From IMG/VR virus record IMGVR_UViG_3300024339_000005: a stretch of 64,000 nt of DNA. The stretch is one strand, 5' to 3'. Origin of the DNA: a virus. Made by a program: the position numbers and the translations under genes. The notes beneath the pieces were generated by a model. It saw only the letters and a program-made list of their open reading frames with translations. It did not search any database and had not been told where the DNA came from. Shown here one piece after another: positions 14,347-24,623 of the stretch; the stretch's first letter is position 1, and each line of letters begins with the position of its first letter.

Positions 14347-15134
14347 AATATGAATTCCTTGATTGCTTTCATCACCATATCTGGTGTTATATCGTTCATC
14401 GCATCGCGGCAGTGTGGGCATGATTTATATAGCGTACCGCATGGTTCTCCGCCAGATGAAATATTCACATGACAATCATAGCCAGTACTATCCGGCGAGA
14501 TAAAGCCACCGAATATCACAACACCCGGGATGTTCAAGGCTGCAGCGGCATGATGCATTCCACCTTCACCCGAAACGAAAAGTTCTGCCAATGAGAGAAT
14601 CGCAAAGGCTTCCCTTGCGCTTTCAGTGCGTATAATATAGGCGTTACTCAATTTGTCTTGTGATGGCGTAACTGTTCCCGATACATCGGTGTAATCATCC
14701 ACAGGAACCAACTGAACAACTCGGCGACCCTCTTCGGTTAACATATCTGTCAGTGGTTGATACTTTTCAAAACCCCAGTCTTTGTTGTCAGCCGAAGTGG
14801 TGCCTTTGAAATCTGGGTTGAGAATAATAAACGGTTCGTCTGGTATCCTAGAATAGGCGACTTCCATTTCCTCGTCTGTGAATTTCAGAACGCCCGGGAT
14901 CGCTTTCCAATCGGTGTATTCAATATGGTCAGTCCATGATTCAACGTACCATCGTTTGCCGTTGGGTTTTGTTTCGACAATAGTACCATGCTCATTAGAC
15001 AAAAAGTCGATGTTATCCCACATTGACGACCAGACGGGTCTGCCGTTTAACGTTGGTCGAATTAGTCCATCGGTCTGTCTTACATCAAGGTTCTTTGCGA
15101 TCCCTGAAAACATAATATCGTCACCGACTCCCAT
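14343..15134 (-). CDS. GT9 (heptosyltransferase-like) glycosyltransferase
   Basis: GVGDDIM; KDW; FVSGEGGMHHAAAALNIPGVVIFG. Confidence 0.85.
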   Translation of the reverse strand: MGVGDDIMFSGIAKNLDVRQTDGLIRPTLNGRPVWSSMWDNIDFLSNEHGTIVETKPNGKRWYVESWTDHIEYTDWKAIPGVLKFTDEEMEVAYSRIPDEPFIILNPDFKGTTSADNKDWGFEKYQPLTDMLTEEGRRVVQLVPVDDYTDVSGTVTPSQDKLSNAYIIRTESAREAFAILSLAELFVSGEGGMHHAAAALNIPGVVIFGGFISPDSTGYDCHVNISSGGEPCGTLYKSCPHCRDAMNDITPDMVMKAIKEFIL

Positions 15135-15787
15135 CAGATATAACCGTGTTGCTGGGAGAAGTTGTTGTTGGCTTCATTTATCCTTCTGCGGATATCAGGC
15201 TCCATGGTGTTGACATTACCAGGCCGAACTATCTGGTTGGCATGTTCGATGATATATGGCTTGTTGTAATCTTCGCCGCACTGGTCGAGGATTTTTATCA
15301 TATCGTCGGCTAGGTTTTCTTGTTTGCCCACAATAATATTTGGGTATTTACCAATGTAATGGTCGTAGTATTCAGCGACGCCATTTTCACAGTTGGCACA
15401 GTTTTCCAAAAAGGCATCATAGTCTTCTGACTTACATTCACTTTCAAGCCGCAGATATTCCTGCCAGTTCCATTTATGACCTCGGTTGTTGTTTTTGACC
15501 TTGGCGCGTTGGTGCCACAGACTACGGGCGAAAGTGGCTGGCTCTCTTATAAACGCAAACACATGTTCCTTGGCGGTGTCGGGGCTTGCGTGTCCGTCAT
15601 AAACCGGATCACCTATTGTTTTATAACCGATGACCGCTTGTGTAATCATTTGAACGGCCCAGGTGCCACCCGTTTTAGGTATATGAACAAACATACTATT
15701 TTTCAATTCAATCGCCAAGTCACCTCTCCATAAACAAAAAATCGCCGTCATGTAATTTATGATGGTTCGCAACAGCGTGTTCACCAT
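15134..15787 (-). CDS. sulfotransferase-family protein (true start probably near 15718)
   Basis: FVHIPKTGGTW; FAFIREP. Confidence 0.75.
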   Translation of the reverse strand: MVNTLLRTIINYMTAIFCLWRGDLAIELKNSMFVHIPKTGGTWAVQMITQAVIGYKTIGDPVYDGHASPDTAKEHVFAFIREPATFARSLWHQRAKVKNNNRGHKWNWQEYLRLESECKSEDYDAFLENCANCENGVAEYYDHYIGKYPNIIVGKQENLADDMIKILDQCGEDYNKPYIIEHANQIVRPGNVNTMEPDIRRRINEANNNFSQQHGYI

Positions 15788-16430
15788 CTTCGGCTGTATT
15801 TATACTGACCAATTCATCAGAACCGTCGTAATAAAAGGCCGTATATCCCCTGTCGAATAGGAATTTGAAATATTCACCACTGGGAGTATTCGTCTTTTTA
15901 CACCAAGGCTCATAGATTTCAACCATCAAGGACGGGCGGTCGCGCATTAAAATATTTTCCGCGCCCCTAAGAACATCTAACTCATATCCTTCAACATCAA
16001 TTTTTATAAAACCGACGTTGTTATGATCTTGCAGGTCAAGAGCAACACAAGGCACAATGATTTCCTTGACGTTGCTAACCAGTGGCGTCTGTGAAGTCAT
16101 AGATAACCGGTCGGTATCAACATAAAGGGTAATGTCGTGGTCGGTCGCACCCACAGCGGCGTTGATAAATTCAACTTTGTGGGGAGGATTTTTACCGATG
16201 ATGTTCTGTTTCAGGACTTGAAACAATTCAGGCACAGGTTCGTAAGTAACCACCTCATTTATTTGAGAATGGAAATAGGTTTGATATCCTGTATTTCCAC
16301 CAACGTCAATGGTCAGTCTATCCTTTTGAACAAAAGGTTCTAACACCCGCAAGATCGATTTCGTCATTAGTTGTTGGTAAAGGTCGTCTTTCCATTGACG
16401 CCGGACCAAAACTTCATTTGATAGTTCCAT
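15720..16430 (-). CDS. FkbM-family methyltransferase
   Basis: IDVGGNTG; YEP; FIKIDVEGYELDVLRGA. Confidence 0.9.
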   Translation of the reverse strand: MELSNEVLVRRQWKDDLYQQLMTKSILRVLEPFVQKDRLTIDVGGNTGYQTYFHSQINEVVTYEPVPELFQVLKQNIIGKNPPHKVEFINAAVGATDHDITLYVDTDRLSMTSQTPLVSNVKEIIVPCVALDLQDHNNVGFIKIDVEGYELDVLRGAENILMRDRPSLMVEIYEPWCKKTNTPSGEYFKFLFDRGYTAFYYDGSDELVSINTAEDGEHAVANHHKLHDGDFLFMER

Positions 16431-16432
16431 GA

Positions 16433-17494
16433 TTACCTCATTAAGATTTGTAAAGCAATTCTTCTTTTAGATTTACAAATTCCGCCCATGTGGGCTGTTT
16501 TCACCGGGTCGAATACCATACAATTGGATTCTTCGCTTATATGCTCGACCATGTTTTTCAAAATCTCATCACTTTCGCCAGAACCATCGGCATAATATCC
16601 ACCGAAGATAGCGTTTCCCCGCATCTGGTCAGGAAACATCTTCATCACATTTCTATGAGCCGGAGACAATAGATAATTTCCAATCGAATTACCAGAGGCG
16701 ATAATAAAATCTAAATCGTCTTGCTTCCAGTGAAATGATTCTGGAACCGTGATTAATGGGCCTGATTCCGAATCCACATTGTTTAGATATATAATGGACT
16801 TCATCAAGTTTCGTTTTGGGTCTTTGTGTAGATTACCCAATTTGGTTTTCGAAGCGGGCAAATCTCGCATGACTCTTTCATGGTGGGTATCCGTCGGTTC
16901 AGAGATATGCAGATTTATCGAAGTCATTGTTAGATTTTTATGCGTACCATTAGACTTAGATAAAGCCTCAAGTATTTTATGCTCGTCAAACGCTTTCAAA
17001 AACAATTCAAATAATTCAGGCTCAGCACCGGGCGAAATTGCTAATGCACGATCCATTTGATGCGGCGCTGCCACATGGTCAGTAAGATTCAATAGTGAAT
17101 CAATGCGACCGCTCAAGATTTCCGTTGCGCGTGAAATCACATCTTCGCCAATGGTAAAACTATGAACGCCCTTGTATTTCAAATCATCATATACTGGCGA
17201 CGAAGGCAAATCAAGGCGGACTGTCTGGTCTTTTTTCCATGACAAATGGGTATTGACGCACATTTGAACGATACCCCTCTGATACTCCAAAATCTTAGAT
17301 TCCTCGGGCGTCAAGATATTATGCTCTTTAATTTTCCTTACTATGCCATCATAGCCAGACATAAACCCGGCGAGGTAAGCCATATCAATAGCCACCCTCA
17401 TAGAATCATAATACGGCGACGGGTCAACGCTTTCAGGGAACATTGATTCTCCGACGCCGGGAATGTCGCACAAATCAGGATATTTGAAAAACAT
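16433..17494 (-). CDS. putative 2OG-Fe(II) oxygenase
   Basis: LHKD...IIYLNNV...GP...HMGG...RIAL. Confidence 0.65.
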   Translation of the reverse strand: MFFKYPDLCDIPGVGESMFPESVDPSPYYDSMRVAIDMAYLAGFMSGYDGIVRKIKEHNILTPEESKILEYQRGIVQMCVNTHLSWKKDQTVRLDLPSSPVYDDLKYKGVHSFTIGEDVISRATEILSGRIDSLLNLTDHVAAPHQMDRALAISPGAEPELFELFLKAFDEHKILEALSKSNGTHKNLTMTSINLHISEPTDTHHERVMRDLPASKTKLGNLHKDPKRNLMKSIIYLNNVDSESGPLITVPESFHWKQDDLDFIIASGNSIGNYLLSPAHRNVMKMFPDQMRGNAIFGGYYADGSGESDEILKNMVEHISEESNCMVFDPVKTAHMGGICKSKRRIALQILMR

Positions 17495-17495
17495 T

Positions 17496-18056
17496 TTAGT
17501 CGTTCCTTTTATAGAACATACCGCGTTCTTTTATGAAAGGTTTGCCCATGGTCGAAGCGGAACGAATTCGTTCGGTAACTTCCTCGTCGTATTCAAAACC
17601 ATAACTCGCAAACTTGTCAACCCAATATTCATGCGGCTGACAGTTTACATGGTGGTGACCAGGGAAGCCGGGGGGAGCATAGGTGCATACGACATATTTA
17701 CAGCGCCGGAACAAATCCATATAGTTGACCATATATTTTTCTTCAACATGCTCCAAGAATTCAACAGACCAACCGAGGTCAAAAGTTTCATCCATGTAAT
17801 CCGGCTTTCCGTCTTGAAAATCAAATAGAGAAACCCTGTCAAAAATATCGTCGTCCCAAGTCAGGGTAAAATCGCCGTCGATACCGTAACTGTCGATACC
17901 CAAAGCCAACCCCTCGCGGATTTGCCAGCCCATACTACAACCAATGTCCATCATAGATTTTATGCCGAAATTCTTCTGCATGAACTCTAATGAACCAATG
18001 TCAATATGTGTATAATTCACATGCCCACCAAGGTGGTCTGGAAGTTTGTCTGTCAT
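17496..18056 (-). CDS. SAM methyltransferase
   Basis: MDIGCSMG; FDLGWSVEFLEHV; GHHHVNCQ. Confidence 0.85.
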   Translation of the reverse strand: MTDKLPDHLGGHVNYTHIDIGSLEFMQKNFGIKSMMDIGCSMGWQIREGLALGIDSYGIDGDFTLTWDDDIFDRVSLFDFQDGKPDYMDETFDLGWSVEFLEHVEEKYMVNYMDLFRRCKYVVCTYAPPGFPGHHHVNCQPHEYWVDKFASYGFEYDEEVTERIRSASTMGKPFIKERGMFYKRND

Positions 18057-18949
18057 AATTTACTCCTAATATATTTCCAACATTCGCCGTTTAATAATTC
18101 CTCTTGCGACCACTGACAATAACACATATCATGAATCCATTGGCGGCGGTCGGTAGGTGTAAATGTTTCAAGCCATTGAATTCGATTGGGCACGATACCA
18201 TAAACCATCGAAGCCGAATTATACGCAACAGTAGGTGTACCGTTGATAACAGCGTCCGTACCTACGCCGCTTGAATACGTCACAAAACAACTGGCATGAT
18301 CCATGGTTGATTGAAGATTTTCAGCCGTGCCTTCTTGGTATAGAACACCATCGGGCATTCCAGAGAAATCGAATTGTCTAGGCAATTGAGGTGTTCTGAT
18401 CAGAATTTGCTTGTCTGTGTAATGCTTGGCTTCGTGGGCCATCATGGTTGCCCACTGGCTGATATCAGCGCCGCGCAATGAAGCATCACCAGGCAACTGA
18501 AGACAAATCACAATTGGTCCACCAGAGGTTTTCCATGGCTTGTAAGCAATGTCTAACTCTTCCGACATTTTCAGATAGCGATCGCCGGGCGACCCGACCG
18601 TATGATGAAAACCTGTATCACCCAGAAAGCCATTAATACCAACGCGGTACCACGTATCGTCCATAACATCCTTGACTGGCTTGCGCCCCATTACAGGGGT
18701 TTCAAGGACCAAGAAAGGCGTGTCTTCTGCGACAACAGCCCGCTTGACTTCATGCCATGGTGTGTTTCTATCTTTCCATGAACCCCAAATGATATTGAGG
18801 TCAGCACCATCGCGGCACCATGGAGTGATTTGTTCGCCATAGACAACATCAACCGTATCTTCAACGGTAGCAATTGCATTACCAAAGTCGTGCAATAAAG
18901 TTTCAAACTTCGGATGGTTGGCCGATGCTGCGTAAATCACAACTCTCAT
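18053..18949 (-). CDS. capsule-biosynthesis-like glycosyltransferase
   Basis: LQLPGDASL; VTYSSGVGTDAVINGTP; YCQWS. Confidence 0.7.
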   Translation of the reverse strand: MRVVIYAASANHPKFETLLHDFGNAIATVEDTVDVVYGEQITPWCRDGADLNIIWGSWKDRNTPWHEVKRAVVAEDTPFLVLETPVMGRKPVKDVMDDTWYRVGINGFLGDTGFHHTVGSPGDRYLKMSEELDIAYKPWKTSGGPIVICLQLPGDASLRGADISQWATMMAHEAKHYTDKQILIRTPQLPRQFDFSGMPDGVLYQEGTAENLQSTMDHASCFVTYSSGVGTDAVINGTPTVAYNSASMVYGIVPNRIQWLETFTPTDRRQWIHDMCYCQWSQEELLNGECWKYIRSKL

Positions 18950-19355
18950 TATAAATTCTCGCTTCCATAATATGCTGTGGCTTTCTGTGCCACTTACCGT
19001 TGATATTTTCGTTGTACCAACCATCAGTTTCAAGGACGTTATGCAAAAACTGTTGCTTCACTTCTTCATAATTTACGTCGCCATTTGTCGTGTGTATTGA
19101 AAGAATTTCACGTTTGAAGATTTCTTTACCATACATGGCGAGATCTTCAAGTAAAGGTTTTGAACTACCATAGTATTGCCGCCAATTAGACTCGGTACGC
19201 TGGCGTCTTGACTTGCCTTTTACTTTACGAACACTCCAGAAATACTTTCGCCCGATATATTTCATACCGGTTTGAGTGTTGGTAATCAGATAGACAAATC
19301 CCGCATAGCCCTTAGGTGCTTCTTCGATCTCTTTATTCCCAAGGGTCCAGTTCAT
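18903..19355 (-). CDS. GIY-YIG endonuclease (T4 endonuclease II-like)
   Basis: GFVYLIT...YIGRK...WRQYYGSS...WYNENI. Confidence 0.85.
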   Translation of the reverse strand: MNWTLGNKEIEEAPKGYAGFVYLITNTQTGMKYIGRKYFWSVRKVKGKSRRQRTESNWRQYYGSSKPLLEDLAMYGKEIFKREILSIHTTNGDVNYEEVKQQFLHNVLETDGWYNENINGKWHRKPQHIMEARIYNESCDLRSIGQPSEV

Positions 19356-19512
19356 CACCGAACTCCTCTGCGAAACCTTCAACTTCTTCAGCATAGACAA
19401 TATCATGCCCGCAATATGGGCAATGTCTTACTTCTTCATTTTCGCAATTCTTGCCAGCAATGATAGTAAATTCACTGCCGCAAGAATCGCATTCAATTTT
19501 TTCTTCGCTCAT
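19333..19512 (-). CDS. small zinc-ribbon protein (59 aa)
   Basis: MSEEKIECDSC...HCPYCG with an acidic tail; not in the ORF track. Confidence 0.7.
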   Translation of the reverse strand: MSEEKIECDSCGSEFTIIAGKNCENEEVRHCPYCGHDIVYAEEVEGFAEEFGDELDPWE

Positions 19513-19555
19513 AATTGCAACTCATATTGTTATCGTTGCAACTATGTATATGTCC

Positions 19556-21499
19556 CTAGACGTTACCACCAATATCAACGATTTCACAGGCGCCGCCGGC
19601 GGCAGAACACGCCAATTCTTGGCTACCACTTGTGTTATCCATTTGTTCATAGTCAGAGAGTTTTGACCAATCAACACCGGTTGGCATTTCGCCCTCCATT
19701 TGAATAAAGTCCATGGCTGAAATATCTTCATACGGGGCTTGCCGATAAGTGTGTTCGCTATGCGGCAAGAACGAAACACCACCAACGTCGTCAAAGTTTT
19801 CATAAACCCAAGCGCCAACATCCATCCATTCATGTTCCCTTACAGAAACGGTGATAGATGGGTTATGCTCTGTCCAATGGTTGCGATAAACGAACCACAA
19901 CCGAAGTTGGTCGAGCGCGGTCATTTCGTCACGGGTAATAGCACCCTTAGGGGATTGTTGTGGGAATGAAAAGACGGTTGTTGAATCTGCTTTCGTAACG
20001 TCATCCTCATGGGGAAAGCCGGCTTCCATCATCATTTGGGTAAGTGGGTCTTTCTTATCACCACGAACACGACGAATGAAATGGGTGCTGTGACGGCTGT
20101 GAATACCAGAAGAAGAATTGACCAACTGTGAGGCTGTACCAGATGGCTTGACCGTAGTGATCGCAACCGACTGGTTGATTTTCAATTTCTTACACCATTC
20201 GGCATTGACTTCAACAGCAACCAGACGCAACTCGTCAAGCAAGGCTTCTAGTTTTGCCATGCCCATCTTACCGTTAGTCAATTCGTTATCCATGATGCCA
20301 GTCATAGACACGCCCAACAGGCGTTCTTCTTCTGCGTTCTCTTTCCATTTCTTCGTAAGGTATTTGAAGTTGGTCAGGGTAGATTGGAATGTACCAAGGA
20401 TAACAGCAAGACGAACTTTCTCTTTTAGGCTTTCAGCCGTATCAGTAGCACGAACCACGATTTCAGAGAGGTTACAGAAACCACGTGGGCGCATGATGAT
20501 TTCACCACAAGGATTTACACCCCATTCATGACCAGCCTCACGGCGACCATATTTGATGGCTTGTCTTTCAGCAGCGGCTCTATTGAAGATGCCTCGTTCT
20601 CCGGACTTTGAATTATAGAGCGACAGCCATTCTTCCATAAAGATACCAATGTCTGGCTTCTCTGTGTAAGCGGCTGAATTATTAGCAAGAGCCCTTTGAA
20701 CGTCATTCTCCCACCACTGACCAGATTTTGCATGGCGCATACGGTCGTCAGAAAGGTTAGACAATGAAATTAGTGCAGAACGACGAACACCACCAACGAC
20801 CACAATCTCTGCGATCTTGCAAACGATATCATGGCATTCAAGGGAATTCAGTTTGCGCCCTTTAGCGGCCTGAAAAGTGGCAACAACGAAACGGAACAAA
20901 TCCTCAAGAGGTTCTGGACCAGATGCACGACCACCGAAAGTTTTCAATACAGTGCCTGCTGGTCTTACTTTGTCAGTGTTCCAACTAGGAATAGCCCCAG
21001 AATACAAAAGGCTGATAAGTTCCTTGAGTGATTTAGCCCAGCCCATTTTGGAATCAGCCACGACTATCACGGTGTCTGTAGGATAAATTTCTTCTGGCAC
21101 TTCAGGTAGTTTGTTTACGTCTTGGCGTTCAACAGTAAAACCAACACCAGTACCGTTCATAAGAATGTAAAGGATTTCATCAAACGAACGGACGTTATCA
21201 ATAGGAACGAACGAACAATTGTACCCAGCCACATTTTCACGTTTCAGTGCTTCACCAGCCGTCATAAGACAGCGCATAGATGGCAACACTTTTTGTTCAA
21301 GAACAGAAAACATCAACTCGTCACGCATAGGCTTGGTCAGACGAAATTTATGGTTCTCATAAAGATGCTCTTGAAAAAAGTCAAAGTATCGCTCGACAGT
21401 TTCCATCCAAGTTTCACGGCGGTTCAACAGGGGCAGCCATCTTGAGTAACGACTTAGGTGGATAAATTCTTGGTAAGGGGTGGCTAGGTAGTTATTCAT
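19556..21499 (-). CDS. nrdJ: class II (B12-dependent) ribonucleotide reductase
   Basis: PSMR, YNC, RRSALISL, NPCGEI, CNLSE, TTVKPSGT; C-terminal Cys pair. Confidence 0.93.
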   Translation of the reverse strand: MNNYLATPYQEFIHLSRYSRWLPLLNRRETWMETVERYFDFFQEHLYENHKFRLTKPMRDELMFSVLEQKVLPSMRCLMTAGEALKRENVAGYNCSFVPIDNVRSFDEILYILMNGTGVGFTVERQDVNKLPEVPEEIYPTDTVIVVADSKMGWAKSLKELISLLYSGAIPSWNTDKVRPAGTVLKTFGGRASGPEPLEDLFRFVVATFQAAKGRKLNSLECHDIVCKIAEIVVVGGVRRSALISLSNLSDDRMRHAKSGQWWENDVQRALANNSAAYTEKPDIGIFMEEWLSLYNSKSGERGIFNRAAAERQAIKYGRREAGHEWGVNPCGEIIMRPRGFCNLSEIVVRATDTAESLKEKVRLAVILGTFQSTLTNFKYLTKKWKENAEEERLLGVSMTGIMDNELTNGKMGMAKLEALLDELRLVAVEVNAEWCKKLKINQSVAITTVKPSGTASQLVNSSSGIHSRHSTHFIRRVRGDKKDPLTQMMMEAGFPHEDDVTKADSTTVFSFPQQSPKGAITRDEMTALDQLRLWFVYRNHWTEHNPSITVSVREHEWMDVGAWVYENFDDVGGVSFLPHSEHTYRQAPYEDISAMDFIQMEGEMPTGVDWSKLSDYEQMDNTSGSQELACSAAGGACEIVDIGGNV

Positions 21500-21744
21500 T
21501 TGTTTTTTCGTTCCTCTGCAATCCGCTTGTTATTTTTTTTTAGAAAGTCGTTCAATTTGGCATCGCAAGTGACGCCTTGATAATGCCACCCTGCAACTTT
21601 GTCTATTTGATATATGGCGCAATCACGGAAGCCTTGTTTCTTTTTGTATTTTTTATCGGTGACAAAACCCCGATATTGGGTTCGTTGTGGACCAACAAAA
21701 ACAATCACTTCATCGCCTATATCATTCTCAATCGGCATCAACAA
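21496..21744 (-). CDS. hypothetical protein
   Basis: Coupled ORF. Confidence 0.55.
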   Translation of the reverse strand: MLMPIENDIGDEVIVFVGPQRTQYRGFVTDKKYKKKQGFRDCAIYQIDKVAGWHYQGVTCDAKLNDFLKKNNKRIAEERKNK

Positions 21745-22396
21745 ATTCCTTCATCAACGGAAAGATACTAGCGATTTCGGTAGCACAAGCCACAGCGATT
21801 TCACGGTGTTCTTTCTGCGTTCCGTTACCAGAGCGCAAGGATATATAGTGAATCCATGACCGGATAGATCCTTTCATATACATTGTGGTCGTCGTAAGCC
21901 CCTCGGGTAGAATCTTTCTCGCTTGTTCTTTTGCTATGCCATTTTCAATAGCCCATGTGTATATTACTTTCGACGCCTCAATGTGTAGTTCTTGCATTTT
22001 TACCCAGGCTTGGCTCAATATTTTATCATCAACCTCAATACTGTTCTGACGGTTCTTGGTGTCTTGTAGTCTAGCCTCACTAATCTCAAAACCCATTCCG
22101 GTCGGGTCAGCATAGCGTTGGCTAAATTCCTGAAACACGAAAGAACGGTGGCGCAAAACCTGCCGACCGATATCTCTCGTCGTTTGAATCTCAATCGTTG
22201 CATCAGCCATTTCAAGTGGTGACCAGTGCTGGTGTTTGACGAGGTACTTGATAAGTTTAGCCGATGTTTCTTTGTTGATTTGATTGGCAGGATTAGAAAC
22301 CCTCGCACAGTACGCCACAAGATCTTCAACCGAAGTCAAGCCTTCTAGCATCAACTCCTCACTCGGCATTGTGTAAGATTTTAGTGTTACTTTCAT
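21728..22396 (-). CDS. thyX: FAD-dependent thymidylate synthase
   Basis: HWSPLE; RHRSFVFQEFSQRY; QKEHR. Confidence 0.96.
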   Translation of the reverse strand: MKVTLKSYTMPSEELMLEGLTSVEDLVAYCARVSNPANQINKETSAKLIKYLVKHQHWSPLEMADATIEIQTTRDIGRQVLRHRSFVFQEFSQRYADPTGMGFEISEARLQDTKNRQNSIEVDDKILSQAWVKMQELHIEASKVIYTWAIENGIAKEQARKILPEGLTTTTMYMKGSIRSWIHYISLRSGNGTQKEHREIAVACATEIASIFPLMKEFVDAD

Positions 22397-22584
22397 CGGC
22401 CTATTCCTCCCAAGCCATATAATTCACGCAATTCTTCTTCGGTGTATTCGTCATAGGTTTTATCCCCTGTCGAATAACCACCAGAACAGGTACAGCCGGC
22501 GTATTGTTTACCCGGATTATCCTGGTGAAACTGACAAACCGAGCGGGTTGTTGTAACGACCTGTGGCTTTTGTTCAACTATCAT
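22393..22584 (-). CDS. hypothetical protein
   Basis: Coupled ORF. Confidence 0.55.
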   Translation of the reverse strand: MIVEQKPQVVTTTRSVCQFHQDNPGKQYAGCTCSGGYSTGDKTYDEYTEEELRELYGLGGIGR

Positions 22585-23618
22585 AATTTACTCCATTCAT
22601 TAATTGCAAGATGGGCCGCTGCGCCTGTTTTGGATCTCGCTTCGATATTGTCCATCATCAATTCTTTCGTGGCTCCTGCCTGAACCCACTCGTTGATATC
22701 TTTTGCGACGACAGCATCAGGCCAAATGAATACTTTGAAGCCTGCGTTAGCAGAACCCCGCATCTGGTTGATTACATCTTTGTTTCTTGGCTGATTGTCA
22801 AGAATCATGGTCGTGCTTTCGGGCGACAAGAGTTTGCGAATCTTCTTAAAGTCAGAGCCAGCGACAGCCAGACAGTTATCAAGGAACAGAGAATCAATCG
22901 GTCCTTCGACAACGTACATAGGCATTTTTGGGTCGATAGTTTCTGAACCGTAAATCAAAGGAATATTTTCATCAATGCGAAGCATCAAGTACCGAACTTT
23001 GGCCTCGTCTTCATATGACCGACAAGTAAGTGCGAACATATGTTCACCATTATGATTTTTATGCCAGAACGGAATCGCTAATCGTGGCTCGTTGCCGATG
23101 ATACGGTCTTTATAGCCGTCAGACAATTGGTGCAAGTCTTGAACGTCGTTGATATGATACAAACGACTCCAAGCGGCCTTTGGGATTTGACGGCCCCTGA
23201 CAAACTGTACCGCCATGTGGTCTTCGGGTAATTTGTCTACCCTGTCCATCAATGTGTCGATAAGTGATTTTTTAGCGAAGACCGGGGCATCACCTTTGTA
23301 TTCAACCTTGGCATGGGGTTTAGCATGTTTACCATGACCCTCACCAGACTTGTATCTTTCCATGACGTATTGCTGGTAGAGTGTTGGGTCGAGAGACTTA
23401 ATGACGTTGCCAAGGCTGTGACCTATTTCGCAGTTATGACATTTGAATGCCATCCCCGATTTCTTGGTGAAGAAATAACCTCGGGCTTTGTATTTGTTTT
23501 TCTGACTGTCACCACAGAAAGGGCACCGACAGTTGGCAATAGTGTTTGATTTCCACTTGAAACGATCAAGACGGGCCGATAGTATATTCAGAAAATTCTT
23601 GTCTACCCACAATGACAT
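22581..23618 (-). CDS. 61: DNA primase (T4 gp61)
   Basis: CPFCGDS...CHNC; VVEGPIDSLF; DNQPRN; KDINE. Confidence 0.95.
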   Translation of the reverse strand: MSLWVDKNFLNILSARLDRFKWKSNTIANCRCPFCGDSQKNKYKARGYFFTKKSGMAFKCHNCEIGHSLGNVIKSLDPTLYQQYVMERYKSGEGHGKHAKPHAKVEYKGDAPVFAKKSLIDTLMDRVDKLPEDHMAVQFVRGRQIPKAAWSRLYHINDVQDLHQLSDGYKDRIIGNEPRLAIPFWHKNHNGEHMFALTCRSYEDEAKVRYLMLRIDENIPLIYGSETIDPKMPMYVVEGPIDSLFLDNCLAVAGSDFKKIRKLLSPESTTMILDNQPRNKDVINQMRGSANAGFKVFIWPDAVVAKDINEWVQAGATKELMMDNIEARSKTGAAAHLAINEWSKL

Positions 23619-24055
23619 TATTCATAAACTCCTAAAAGTTGATTGGCGATATCAACGCCCTCATCAAGTGTTTTCACAATCCAACCACAGCCGTATGCGA
23701 ACAACGGGTGATTAGAAATATCGGGATTGTCTGTGACGAGAATAATTGGCTTATTCATAAACATGAACCAAGCGCATTCCATTGTCGTGCCATAGTTTCC
23801 GCGACCTTCAGACATTTCAGACGGCAGATAAGCGAACAACAGATCGCAGCGTTTTGAGTCCATCAGGTTTTTATGATAGATTTCCTTGACGCCACGTTGG
23901 CTGTAAGGCTCGTCTGGTTCACAGCGGTTAGGGGTGATGCCGACAATCGTTCGTCCATCCATTTCCCATTCTTTCGAAACAGCCCAGCGCCAATCATCAA
24001 TCTGTTTTTGGTTCATGCCCTCCATTGGGCCGCCCAAATAAACATATTTTTTCAT
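23618..24055 (-). CDS. nucleoside 2-deoxyribosyltransferase-like protein
   Basis: VYLGGP; WR; CDLL; GTTME; KPII. Confidence 0.8.
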   Translation of the reverse strand: MKKYVYLGGPMEGMNQKQIDDWRWAVSKEWEMDGRTIVGITPNRCEPDEPYSQRGVKEIYHKNLMDSKRCDLLFAYLPSEMSEGRGNYGTTMECAWFMFMNKPIILVTDNPDISNHPLFAYGCGWIVKTLDEGVDIANQLLGVYE

Positions 24056-24291
24056 TTTGAAACTTGTGTGGGTTTGAAGAATGCAGCAAAGAAAGCCAAA
24101 GCAGCGCCTACTTCAGCAAGTGAAAAATCGGGCATACCAAGAAGTACCAAAAACTTATCTGTCGTTTCAACAAACGCCCATTCAACCATCCAGCCTGCTA
24201 CCCAACCGGAAGCGGCTGAAATGATAGGCAAGAATAATCCAAGGACAAGACCGACGGTGCCAGCACCAAATGCAATTCCAAGTTTTTCCAT
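24052..24291 (-). CDS. small membrane protein
   Basis: Hydrophobic; AGGAG RBS. Confidence 0.65.
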   Translation of the reverse strand: MEKLGIAFGAGTVGLVLGLFLPIISAASGWVAGWMVEWAFVETTDKFLVLLGMPDFSLAEVGAALAFFAAFFKPTQVSK

Positions 24292-24301
24292 AATATATCT
24301 C

Positions 24302-24589
24302 CTAAAAGAGGGTTTTAGTATTAGCGATTTCAAAAAGCACATCACCATGACAGGCTTTTGGTTTACAATGACAAAGCAAATCTTTACCACATAACTCGTT
24401 TTTGATTTCCTGTTCAAATTCAGGCGTAATTGATTGGCGGAATTTCTCTATAACCTGCCGTCGATTCCCGTCTTTACCGATTTCAAAAGGGTTTCCCCAT
24501 TTGGTTCTTCGGTCAACGAGAGTGCCATTCGATGGGTGAATGCTGTGGAGGTTCCAAACGGCGTGGTCTGTTGTGTAATTTTTTATCAT
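24302..24589 (-). CDS. DUF4326-family protein
   Basis: KWGNPF; GKDLLCHCKPKACHGDVL. Confidence 0.85.
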   Translation of the reverse strand: MIKNYTTDHAVWNLHSIHPSNGTLVDRRTKWGNPFEIGKDGNRRQVIEKFRQSITPEFEQEIKNELCGKDLLCHCKPKACHGDVLFEIANTKTLF

Positions 24590-24593
24590 ACTA

Positions 24594-24623
24594 GATCATA
24601 GCATGATAAGACCGGAGAGTCAA
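24594..24623 (-). promoter_or_regulatory. sigma70-type promoter
   Basis: TTGACT-17-TATGAT(C). Confidence 0.7.
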
